Below, piece after piece: positions 48,756-57,593 of a DNA stretch of 64,000 nucleotides. The notes under the pieces are model-generated. The model did not search any database. It worked only from the letters and a program-made list of their open reading frames with translations, and was not told where the DNA came from. Each line of letters begins with the position of its first letter. Position 1 is the first letter of the stretch. This stretch comes from a virus (taxonomy: Duplodnaviria; Caudoviricetes). The DNA is taken from IMG/VR virus record IMGVR_UViG_3300037067_004891, positions 288,001 through 352,000 of that record. One strand, written 5' to 3'. The position numbers were made by a program, and so were the translations under genes.

Positions 48756-51113
48756 TTATTTGAAATTTTTTGTTTCTACATTTTGTGTATATATTTTTCT
48801 ATTAGCATTGTCAGCTATGATTAAATGTCCAGCATCTTTTATTATATTTTGAGCCAATATATTGAACAGATTTTCATTTTCTATAATATCGTCAAATATT
48901 CTTAAATTTGAATAACATATATCTGAACCATATAATTTAATACTCTCGGCATGTGAGTATTCTTGTGGTTCAATAGCTTCGTATATGTTTTCATATAACA
49001 CCACAAAAGAAGATACTGCTGGTTCTATGTATTCTGAATTTAGAACTGGTTTATAACCATTATTCAAAGCTTCTGTTTTGCCAGATAAATCAGTAAAATC
49101 TAAAAACAGTCTTTCGTAAGAATCAACTTGAAAATAAGTAACATCAACATTAGTGTTTCTTTTAAGAAGTTTTAAATTAATAATTTGTTGGCGTTGATTC
49201 ATATTCACAACCAAACCATACCAAATGTTGGTGGATAAATCAGGAACATCTAAAATATACGTTTGTTGATTTAAAATAAAATATATCTGTTTATTCTTAT
49301 AAAAATATTTATAACCAACGTGATTGTTAACATCATAATTATCCAATAAATGAAACGTGCTGGCTTGATTTATATTATATGAAGAAAAAGTTTTTTTGGT
49401 TAACGCTCTATCTTCTTCATACACAGAATTAAATTTAAACCATGATATAAATGAACGGTCATCACCTTTAGTTAATATATTATCAACATGTTGATATTCA
49501 ATAGCTTTTTTATTCATCATATTGGTTAATATATAATAATTTTTAATAAAATCAATTTCTCCACTATAAACAGGTTGATTAACAATACTAACTTTAGCTG
49601 AAATTGATTGTCTTATTTTATCCATAGATTTTGGTATAGTCTGGTTTTTGTTTGCTATTTTATCTTCATCTTTTTTATTTTCGAATCCAAATAATGCATC
49701 TATTGTGGTATTATTGGTAAGTGATTCAATAGCATTTTTAGTTGTTTCTTGTTTGTGTTTAATATTCACTTTTTCTTCATATTTTTCAAGAATAACTTTA
49801 TAATAAATACCAGCATGTAAAATATCTTTGTGTAAATGTGCGTGTTTCACATAATATAATCTATTAGGTATACAGAAAAATAAAATATCATTTTCTGCTG
49901 GTCGTTCTTCTATTCCGAAAGCATTTTTAAAAATATCTTTCAAAATATGAACTTCAAATGTATCGAATAAATCTAAATTAAAATTGTTTATTTTAATTGT
50001 ATTATCTGGAAATTGATTTTCAGGAACAATTACTTTAATTTGTTTTAATGATATAATATTATATAAACCATATTCATGTAATTGATAATCTATTCCATTT
50101 TTATCTGGGTCTGATTTATAATAATCAACAGCCCATCCAAATATAGTATTTGTTTGATTAGCTAACGTATTGTAAAAATCTGTTATCTTCGTTATTGAAG
50201 TACTATCATATGGATTCCATATGGTTGAAGAAGTCGTTGATGTTGATGTTGATGTTGCTATGGTGTCAGAATAACAACCTAAACCGTTTGTTTCACCATT
50301 ATAAACTAACTGTTTTTCTATTTCAGCACTTAATGTTTCACCACTTGACATAGCTGAAATACAATCTTCCCTCAAACCATATTTATTTGTTTTAAGTCCG
50401 TTGGCAGAAACATTTTGAAAATCACCAACTAATATAATATCAAATATTCTTATAGATGATGAACTATTATCAGTCTTTTTAATTAAATATTGAACTTTAG
50501 CAAATCGCAACTCATTTATATCTTTTCGGATAGCTTGTATGTTCTCTTTTGTTAGAGGATACCATTTAGTAAATGTATATCCATTATCCTGAGTTATTTT
50601 AAATTTAATATCTAAATCGTTTTCATCGATTAATCCAGCTTGTAATACTATAAAATCTTCTAATTCAAATATTTTATATGTATCTTTCGGTTCTAATATT
50701 ATTTCTTCACCAGCAGTTGTTAATGTGATTATACCATCAGTTACTAATATATTATATTCAGTTTCTACTACTATATTAGAAATAGTGATTGCAGGAGCAG
50801 ATGTAACACCTTCATTTACAAAAAAGAAATATATTTTTAATTCCAAAGGGCATAATTCATTTAATACTATACTTGATAATTCAGATATTTCTAATAAATC
50901 TGACCAGAACTCACAAGTTTTTATTTTAAATTTAACTTGTATAAATTCATTTGATGGTGTAAAATCATAATCTATTCCAACAATATTTGTAATACCTGAT
51001 ATTGGTTCGGGAGTTTCTAAAATTAATATATTGTTTGTAGAATCTAATACTACCGACCCAATAAAGTTAATCGAAGCTGTCCCATTATATCTTTTATTTA
51101 ATATATATTGCAT
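48756..51113 (-). CDS. Probable virion structural protein (central region possibly neck/gp14-like)
   Basis: 785 aa; FGW.VDYY...D..LHEY segment; beta-rich termini; TAATATATA upstream. Confidence 0.5.
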   Translation of the reverse strand: MQYILNKRYNGTASINFIGSVVLDSTNNILILETPEPISGITNIVGIDYDFTPSNEFIQVKFKIKTCEFWSDLLEISELSSIVLNELCPLELKIYFFFVNEGVTSAPAITISNIVVETEYNILVTDGIITLTTAGEEIILEPKDTYKIFELEDFIVLQAGLIDENDLDIKFKITQDNGYTFTKWYPLTKENIQAIRKDINELRFAKVQYLIKKTDNSSSSIRIFDIILVGDFQNVSANGLKTNKYGLREDCISAMSSGETLSAEIEKQLVYNGETNGLGCYSDTIATSTSTSTTSSTIWNPYDSTSITKITDFYNTLANQTNTIFGWAVDYYKSDPDKNGIDYQLHEYGLYNIISLKQIKVIVPENQFPDNTIKINNFNLDLFDTFEVHILKDIFKNAFGIEERPAENDILFFCIPNRLYYVKHAHLHKDILHAGIYYKVILEKYEEKVNIKHKQETTKNAIESLTNNTTIDALFGFENKKDEDKIANKNQTIPKSMDKIRQSISAKVSIVNQPVYSGEIDFIKNYYILTNMMNKKAIEYQHVDNILTKGDDRSFISWFKFNSVYEEDRALTKKTFSSYNINQASTFHLLDNYDVNNHVGYKYFYKNKQIYFILNQQTYILDVPDLSTNIWYGLVVNMNQRQQIINLKLLKRNTNVDVTYFQVDSYERLFLDFTDLSGKTEALNNGYKPVLNSEYIEPAVSSFVVLYENIYEAIEPQEYSHAESIKLYGSDICYSNLRIFDDIIENENLFNILAQNIIKDAGHLIIADNANRKIYTQNVETKNFK

Positions 51114-51243
51114 TAAAAAGTTTTATATATTTTTAATTATATATTATTTTTTTTTATCAAAAACAAATATCAATTTGAAAATATTAAAATAAAATGTTTT
51201 ATATTTGTTATTATGTAATTATTAATCATTTAAAATTTTTATA

Positions 51244-51489
51244 ATGATAGAAACACAATTTAACGGAAACTTTGGATTAGATTGGATAAAAAAAATAAGG
51301 TTAAGAAACAATGGACTTAATACAGTTTATGAAATGAGATTTGTAAACGATAAACGTATAATAATTGCTACTAAATTACATTGTTTCTTAACCGATGAAA
51401 GACAACCTAAAATTTCAAATGAATTAAAAGCTGGCGATAAAATATGGATTAATACAAGTGAACTAAGTAAATTTGAAGTGCGTAAATAA
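51244..51489 (+). CDS. Stand-alone intein/HINT core fragment
   Basis: VYEMRF..DK..IIAT..H.FLT...ELKAGDKI (block B region); no N-terminal Cys and no C-terminal Asn. Confidence 0.6.
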   Translation: MIETQFNGNFGLDWIKKIRLRNNGLNTVYEMRFVNDKRIIIATKLHCFLTDERQPKISNELKAGDKIWINTSELSKFEVRK

Positions 51490-51571
51490 TTGTGAATATC
51501 GGTTAGGTATTTGTGTTGTACATCTTAACCACAAATTTTAAAATTTAGTATAACATTTAAAAAATTATAAT

Positions 51572-52051
51572 ATGGAAGCTGATATTTGTTATGTTTCGTG
51601 GTTTGAATTTATCAGATTATCTGATTTATTAATCAAAAAAGTAAATAAAAAAACATACGATTCTATTGTATGTATTGGTAATGGTGGATTGATTTTAGGT
51701 AAGATAGTTAGTGAACAACTATCTTTGCCGTTGGCTGTTATTTCTGCAAAATCATATGATAACTGTGATTTTGAAAGAAAAAATACTGAAGTTTTAATTG
51801 GGTCTATTTCGTCAAGCTTTAAAATAAAAGGACATATTTTATTGATTGATGATTTGGTCGATGGTGGATTTACCATGAAAAAGGTAAAGGAACATCTTCT
51901 GAAAATTGAATTAGTTAAAGAAATTACTACTGCAACTTTATATAAAAAGTCTCATACAATTTTTATACCCGATTATTTCATTCAAGAATTAAATGATTGG
52001 ATAAAATTTCCATATGAAAAATATGAATTTCACAAAGAGAACGTTGTGTAA
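51572..52051 (+). CDS. Type I phosphoribosyltransferase (purine PRTase-like)
   Basis: GGL, LLIDDLVDGGFTM (PRPP loop), PDY and W..FPYE motifs. Confidence 0.85.
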   Translation: MEADICYVSWFEFIRLSDLLIKKVNKKTYDSIVCIGNGGLILGKIVSEQLSLPLAVISAKSYDNCDFERKNTEVLIGSISSSFKIKGHILLIDDLVDGGFTMKKVKEHLLKIELVKEITTATLYKKSHTIFIPDYFIQELNDWIKFPYEKYEFHKENVV

Positions 52052-52077
52052 TTTTTATAATATAATTTATAATATTA

Positions 52078-52463
52078 TGAACTACCACTAAGCTAAAGAC
52101 TTAGTGGTTTCAGGAAATAAATTCCGTCTCTTTAAATGCTTCACAGACTGTGCTTTATATATAACTTAAAAGTTAAAAAGTCTTAATTATCTCCACATTC
52201 GTAATCAGTCGTTCCAACTGATGTATATTTTTAAATTAAATTTAAAAATTAGTTACTACTTTTTGATTTTACTTGAAACAAGATTTTTCGTTTCAAAACC
52301 AAATTAAATCAAAGAACTTAAGTTAAAAAACTTATTTTCGTTTCTAACTATATTTTTTATATTAAAATATTTTAATAAAGTTTTAAATTATTTAGTTTAT
52401 TTTACTATTTTTGAAATTCATCCACGAAGCTAAAAGACTTCGTGGTTCTTTTTCAATAAAAAT
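52078..52463 (-). mobile_element. Non-autonomous IS605 mini-element retaining an omega-RNA scaffold
   Basis: Left-end hairpin at 52422-52445; tnpB-3'-like CAGTTGGAACGACTG...GGAG...GTCTGTGAAG; right end ending GGTAGTTCA; no ORF. Confidence 0.85.
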
Positions 52464-52476
52464 ATAGAAATTTTAT

Positions 52477-52523
52477 AATTTTGTGAAAGAAAACCACTAA
52501 ATCTTCAGTTCAGTGGTAGTTCA
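52477..52523 (+). mobile_element. 47-nt collapsed IS element (left-end tip plus right-end hairpin)
   Basis: TTTAT|AATTTTGTGAAAGAAAACCAC (left-end tip) runs directly into TAAATCTTCAGTTCAGTGGTAGTTCA (right end). Confidence 0.75.
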
Positions 52524-52601
52524 AGTTATATATTAATACTTAAAAAAATTCGGATTTTTATTTTCACAAATTAATATATAAAGAAAAATAATATTTCTTT
52601 A

Positions 52602-54470
52602 ATGTATATTCAAAATAGTTCATTCTTATCTCCAACATTCAAAGTTATTCGACCATATGAATGTTCTATGGTTGTAATTGATGGTGTGGATACCGTAGGA
52701 AAAATATCTTTACAAAGTCTTGAAATAGAATATGATTCTTTTTTCACTTCTAAAATGACTTTAAGAGCAAATGAACAGAATAAACCAATTTTATATGGGT
52801 TTCTGGGTAATGATATAACTTTTTTAATGATCAAAGTTATATATGATAACGAAATAGACCCAAGATGTTGCAGTTCAACAGAAGATGAAAGATATATTGA
52901 GTATTTTTTTGCAGATGCCCCAGATATTATACGACCAATTAATCAGTTGATGATTTTATCGGGTAGTGAATCACATAGATTACCACAGGCTTTTTTAAAC
53001 AATCCACACAATTATCCTATTATAGTTGAAATAATGGTTGCAAGTCTTGTTTCTTTATCAGATACAAATATAGATACAAATATTACACAAGCTGTTATAG
53101 ATGGTCTTTATTATAATTCATTAATAACTGATGTTATTTTAAGTGGTTCTACACAATTTGAAATAATTAACGAAAATAATGATATTGTGTTTGTTTTACC
53201 AATTGAATTATTCGACACTGATGCAAATATTCATAATATCGAACAAACTGGTAACATTTTAACTATAACTACCGAAAATACACAAAAGGCTATACTTAAA
53301 TTTTTATCTATATGGGATGCTAATCAAGCTCATAGTAGATTTGATTGGATATTAGAAAATCCTGTTCATAGATATTTAACAAAAGATTCACCATCATCAG
53401 ATTTAATTGCTCCTGTTATGAATATAAACCCGTATGTTGATGGAATATTTAATAGTACTGGAGCTACAAGTGATCTACTGAGAACATATTATATTATTGA
53501 TGTATATGATGAAAGAGACGGTGAAATAGAGGTTAGTAATGTTGCAGTAATAATAAGGGAACATGATTTTATTACTACAATAAGTGAGATAACATCCGAA
53601 GGTATATATGATATTCTTTTTAGTATATCAGATATTGCTGGTAATGTGTCAAATATAATGAAAACTGCAATTTTTGATGCAACACCACCCGTTATTACTT
53701 TTACAACTGTTGCTGCTGGTAGTATCATACCTATGTCAATAACAAATGATAGTCAGTTGGTAATATCAGAAGGTTTGACTCAAATGGATGTTATCAGATT
53801 TTGTATCGATAGTGTTGTTGATAATATCGATGGTGTTATTGCTAATAGTGCTGTTACATTATCAATTACTGGAACTACTTTTCCAATAACAGTTGGTGGT
53901 TCGATACCAATTTCTTTTTCTATATCTGATATGGCACAGAATGAAACTTTAATTACAGGTAAAACGTTGCTTATTACTGATGATATTCCATCCGTTTTGA
54001 CAGATGGTATGATGTATTCAACTCCAACTGGTATAACAGGTGGTTTAGTAAGTGGTTATACATTCTATATTAATGGTGATTCTGGAACTACTTATAATTT
54101 ACAGTTTGTATCTGGTATTACAAAAGATAAGGATTTAGTAGTTGGACAATATTTTTCATTTACAATTATTGATGTTATCTTACCAAGTGGGAGTACGTAT
54201 CCAAGTTTAGATGCATATTTCTTAATGAATTTTGAAACTGGTACAACATTAGATTATTATGTTGATATGGCTAATGGTTTAGAGCCATTCTTTAATGTGA
54301 GTGGCGGTACAGTAGAACCTATAATTGACGGGTGTCTTGACACAATAGATTTAATTATACGTGGTGATTTTCCAACATCTACTTTACTTGTTAGTGGTTC
54401 AATTGAAGATCAACAGGGTAATGTGAATTCAATAATGTTTACTATGATTGTGGTAAACCCATTTGTTTAG
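52602..54470 (+). CDS. Probable structural protein with Ig-like repeats
   Basis: DLIAPV / DATPPVIT and D..DG...SD.AGN repeats; acidic and Thr-rich. Confidence 0.6.
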   Translation: MYIQNSSFLSPTFKVIRPYECSMVVIDGVDTVGKISLQSLEIEYDSFFTSKMTLRANEQNKPILYGFLGNDITFLMIKVIYDNEIDPRCCSSTEDERYIEYFFADAPDIIRPINQLMILSGSESHRLPQAFLNNPHNYPIIVEIMVASLVSLSDTNIDTNITQAVIDGLYYNSLITDVILSGSTQFEIINENNDIVFVLPIELFDTDANIHNIEQTGNILTITTENTQKAILKFLSIWDANQAHSRFDWILENPVHRYLTKDSPSSDLIAPVMNINPYVDGIFNSTGATSDLLRTYYIIDVYDERDGEIEVSNVAVIIREHDFITTISEITSEGIYDILFSISDIAGNVSNIMKTAIFDATPPVITFTTVAAGSIIPMSITNDSQLVISEGLTQMDVIRFCIDSVVDNIDGVIANSAVTLSITGTTFPITVGGSIPISFSISDMAQNETLITGKTLLITDDIPSVLTDGMMYSTPTGITGGLVSGYTFYINGDSGTTYNLQFVSGITKDKDLVVGQYFSFTIIDVILPSGSTYPSLDAYFLMNFETGTTLDYYVDMANGLEPFFNVSGGTVEPIIDGCLDTIDLIIRGDFPTSTLLVSGSIEDQQGNVNSIMFTMIVVNPFV

Positions 54471-54490
54471 TATTGAGTTTTTATATTTTT

Positions 54491-54524
54491 AAATCACCTA
54501 TTTTTAAATGGGTGATTTTTTTTT
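54491..54524 (+). terminator. Intrinsic terminator
   Basis: AAATCACCTATTT..AAATGGGTGATTTTTTTTT. Confidence 0.7.
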
Positions 54525-54595
54525 AATAAAATGAGGAAAAAAGTCATTTAGACCCAAATAAGTTAAATATATATAAACAAAAAAGTTATTATTTT

Positions 54596-55063
54596 ATGAA
54601 AAATTTAGATTTATTTAGATTAAAAGAAGGTTTAAATGACGTATCAAATTTAAAAGGTGTTAAATTTGCATATGTTGTTTTGAAAAATAAAAAATATATT
54701 GATGAAGAAATAGAATCTCTTCAAAAATCTATTGAAATGTCAGTTGATTTTCAAGAATTTGATAGGATGCGTATTAATCTTTGTGAACAACACTCTGAAA
54801 AAAACACAGACGGTTCTCCTGTTATTATAAATAATGCATATAATATTTTAGATAAAAAAACATTCGAAGATGATGTATTGAAACTAAAAAACAAATTTGT
54901 TGAAGCAGTATCTGAAAGAGACAATCAATTAAGAGAATACGATAAATTGTTAAAAGATGATTGTACAATATTCGATAAACTTGTTAAAATAAAAATAGAA
55001 TATATTCCAGATGATATTTCTTCTAATCAATTAGAAAATATTAAAGAAATTATTGAAGACTAA
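54596..55063 (+). CDS. Hypothetical protein (helical, possibly a tail-assembly chaperone)
   Basis: 155 aa; KFAY...KN...I..E..R..L pattern near tail genes. Confidence 0.55.
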   Translation: MKNLDLFRLKEGLNDVSNLKGVKFAYVVLKNKKYIDEEIESLQKSIEMSVDFQEFDRMRINLCEQHSEKNTDGSPVIINNAYNILDKKTFEDDVLKLKNKFVEAVSERDNQLREYDKLLKDDCTIFDKLVKIKIEYIPDDISSNQLENIKEIIED

Positions 55064-55071
55064 AAATTTAT

Positions 55072-55388
55072 GGTTTTCTTGAAAGAAAAACCACGAAGTC
55101 TTTAGCTTCGTGGATGAATTTCAAAATTAATTCAAAAAAGAAATAATTCAAAAACTTAAAACAAAACCAAAACCAAAACCAAAACAATTTAATATATAAT
55201 AAAAAAAGTTCTTTAATATATTTGATTTTTAACTAAAATCTTAATAAAATCTTAATAAAAAGTAATTAAATATTAAAATATTATCTGGTTCAGGAACTGA
55301 GTTGGATATAAAACAAAAACAGGTGGAGGCGTTATCATTAAGTCTACGAAACTTGAAACCTCTCAATCTTTAGTTTAGAGGTAGTTCA
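55072..55388 (+). mobile_element. Non-autonomous IS605 mini-element retaining an omega-RNA scaffold
   Basis: TTTAT at 55067-55071; left-end hairpin at 55091-55113; TCAGGAACTG...GGAG...AAGTCTACGAA...GAAACC..hairpin..GGTAGTTCA is homologous to the tnpB 3' end at 11059-11150. Confidence 0.85.
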
Positions 55389-55410
55389 TATATTTTTGTT
55401 ATATTAACTT

Positions 55411-55436
55411 CCCAACTTAATTAAGTTGGGTTTTTT
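55411..55436 (+). terminator. Intrinsic terminator 22 nt after the mini-element right end
   Basis: CCCAACTT-AATT-AAGTTGGG-TTTTTT. Confidence 0.7.
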
Positions 55437-55478
55437 ATTTTCACAAATTAATATATAAAGAAAAACATTTAAATAATA

Positions 55479-56060
55479 ATGGCATCATTTAATTATACAT
55501 TGGAAACTTTTTTGGCTAATCCAGCCCCTGGTGACACCCAATTGCGTGTTTATGATAAAAATAGAGTAATAAAACATACACTTAACCCAGATTTATCATC
55601 TTTTTTTGTTAAGAATAATTTAGTTATTATCAAAGTAGAAAACACAAATGATATTATATTAAATTTTGAAACAACCCCAGTTGCAATTCAAGCATTAGCT
55701 AAATTGAATTGGGCTAAAAAAGAAGTATCAAAATCCCCAGTTATTATCGTTTCAACAGTTGTGTTTTCGCTGGCGAACTTAAATATGGACGGACAGATCA
55801 CCGTAGTTGATGGGGATTTAGCTTGTGATCAACCAATAGGTGATGACCCACTATCAAATGTTAGAGTGTTTATAAATGGTGTAGAAGTTAGTGTTGGAGC
55901 AGATTTAGACTGTTTCTTTTCACCAGATGGTGGTACTACAAAAAGAAACCCAGCCGAAGCAGTGAGTGGCGACTTTTTACATTGGAATGGTAGTTATATA
56001 GGTTTTCAATTAGATGCTATTGATCAAATAGATTTTATTTATCTGATTAAAAATAACTAA
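55479..56060 (+). CDS. Probable structural protein sharing a C-terminal domain with 59566-60816
   Basis: VFINGV..VG..DCFFS.DGGTT...GD.L.W...GF.L.A.D...F.Y. Confidence 0.6.
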   Translation: MASFNYTLETFLANPAPGDTQLRVYDKNRVIKHTLNPDLSSFFVKNNLVIIKVENTNDIILNFETTPVAIQALAKLNWAKKEVSKSPVIIVSTVVFSLANLNMDGQITVVDGDLACDQPIGDDPLSNVRVFINGVEVSVGADLDCFFSPDGGTTKRNPAEAVSGDFLHWNGSYIGFQLDAIDQIDFIYLIKNN

Positions 56061-56065
56061 ATGAT

Positions 56066-56806
56066 ATGATTAAAAAATTTGAAGATTTTCTTTTTGAGAA
56101 AATGGATATTAGAAACGATATCGATTTACAAAAAGAATTTGATGATATAAATAAAAGGTGTTTTAATAATGAAGTAGAAAAAATTCCTTTAGTTTGGATA
56201 AAAAGTAAAAAGGTTTGTGGAAGAACTCATGCTACATATTACCCAGCTTCTAAAACATATAAAGTAGAAAAAATAGAAATATCTTATTTTTATGAATTAG
56301 ATTACGAAAAATTTAAGGATATCATGGCACATGAAATGATTCATGCCTATATGTATCAGAAAAATATAAAAGAATATGGTGGTTCTCACGGAATTCGTTT
56401 TAAAGAATGGATGGATAAGTTAAATAAAATGGGGTTCAATATTAATATTAAGGATGATGCAGAATTTTTTAAAGTTTCAAATGATAATGAATTAAGTAGT
56501 CCAGTTGTAGTTATCTTAATAAAGGATGAAAAGAATAATAATATAAATTTTTCGATAGCACTATTCCAAGAAAATTTTATTACCGATGAAACCAAAGACT
56601 GGATAATAAAAATGTTTAAAAGAAATAATATTTATAATCACATGAAATATTATTTAACTTTTATTAAATCCAAAGATTCTCGTTTGAAAAAATTTCAAGT
56701 TAAAAGAAGTGCATCATCATTCGGGACATATACTATATCTGAACAATTTTATAACGAATTAATGGAACAAGGTGATATTTTGTATAACACTACTCTCATA
56801 GAGTAG
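56066..56806 (+). CDS. SprT-like zinc metalloprotease with a CTS-like N-terminus
   Basis: HEMIH...HG..F; starts MIKKFEDFLFE. Confidence 0.8.
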   Translation: MIKKFEDFLFEKMDIRNDIDLQKEFDDINKRCFNNEVEKIPLVWIKSKKVCGRTHATYYPASKTYKVEKIEISYFYELDYEKFKDIMAHEMIHAYMYQKNIKEYGGSHGIRFKEWMDKLNKMGFNINIKDDAEFFKVSNDNELSSPVVVILIKDEKNNNINFSIALFQENFITDETKDWIIKMFKRNNIYNHMKYYLTFIKSKDSRLKKFQVKRSASSFGTYTISEQFYNELMEQGDILYNTTLIE

Positions 56807-57308
56807 ATTCGAAAATACTATCTAATTTAGCCTTTCTTACAAATGCTTTTAATTCACTATCAGTTTTGAATACTTTTTCCAATTCTTTTTCCGAAATTAT
56901 ATTTAAAATATTAAATTTAATCAAAGGAAAATCATCCAAATAAAGTCTGAATTCACCTGAAAAATTTACACCACCATTAAAAGTTCCAGTATGGAAACCA
57001 AGTTGTGTTGAAAAACAAGCGGTTTGACAGAAAGGTGAATCAATCAAATTTTTCGTTGGTAATACTAACCATTCGCCCTTAATCCAACCTCTGAACCCTA
57101 AATAATTTTTACTTGTATTATTAGAATAACGTCTAACAACATTTAATGGGTTATCGTGGGAGATGTTTATAAATTCAAAATGGAAATCTTTCCAATTTTT
57201 AAATTTAACAACACCACCATGTATAATTTTCATATTTCGAATATAATTTTTTTCCAATTCGTCTAAATTTTTTGAATTTAAACGAGCCTGATTTTTTAAT
57301 GTATTCAT
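56796..57308 (-). CDS. Hypothetical protein with a C-terminal RKAKLDSIF motif
   Basis: 170-aa ORF; TATCTTTG box upstream. Confidence 0.6.
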   Translation of the reverse strand: MNTLKNQARLNSKNLDELEKNYIRNMKIIHGGVVKFKNWKDFHFEFINISHDNPLNVVRRYSNNTSKNYLGFRGWIKGEWLVLPTKNLIDSPFCQTACFSTQLGFHTGTFNGGVNFSGEFRLYLDDFPLIKFNILNIISEKELEKVFKTDSELKAFVRKAKLDSIFESTL

Positions 57309-57593
57309 TTATTTAATCATCAATAATATTTTAAACAAAGATAGTAAAAAATATATTATACGTATAAAAATATTTTTATTTTAAAAAATTAATATATAAA
57401 AATATATTGAATAATTTGATTTTAATATATATTTTTATAAAAAACGCTAAAATTAAATATAGAGTTTCAATCGATGAATTAAATTATCGATTGTTTTCGA
57501 GTCAAAAATATAATAATTTAATAAATGTTTTAACCGATTTTTATTAATTTTTATCATTTTGATATTTAAAACAAAAGTAATTTTTAAAATATT

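Noticed and set aside
51490-51540. Purine riboswitch upstream of the PRTase
   Set aside because: Only a single imperfect hairpin; purine-aptamer core motifs were not seen.
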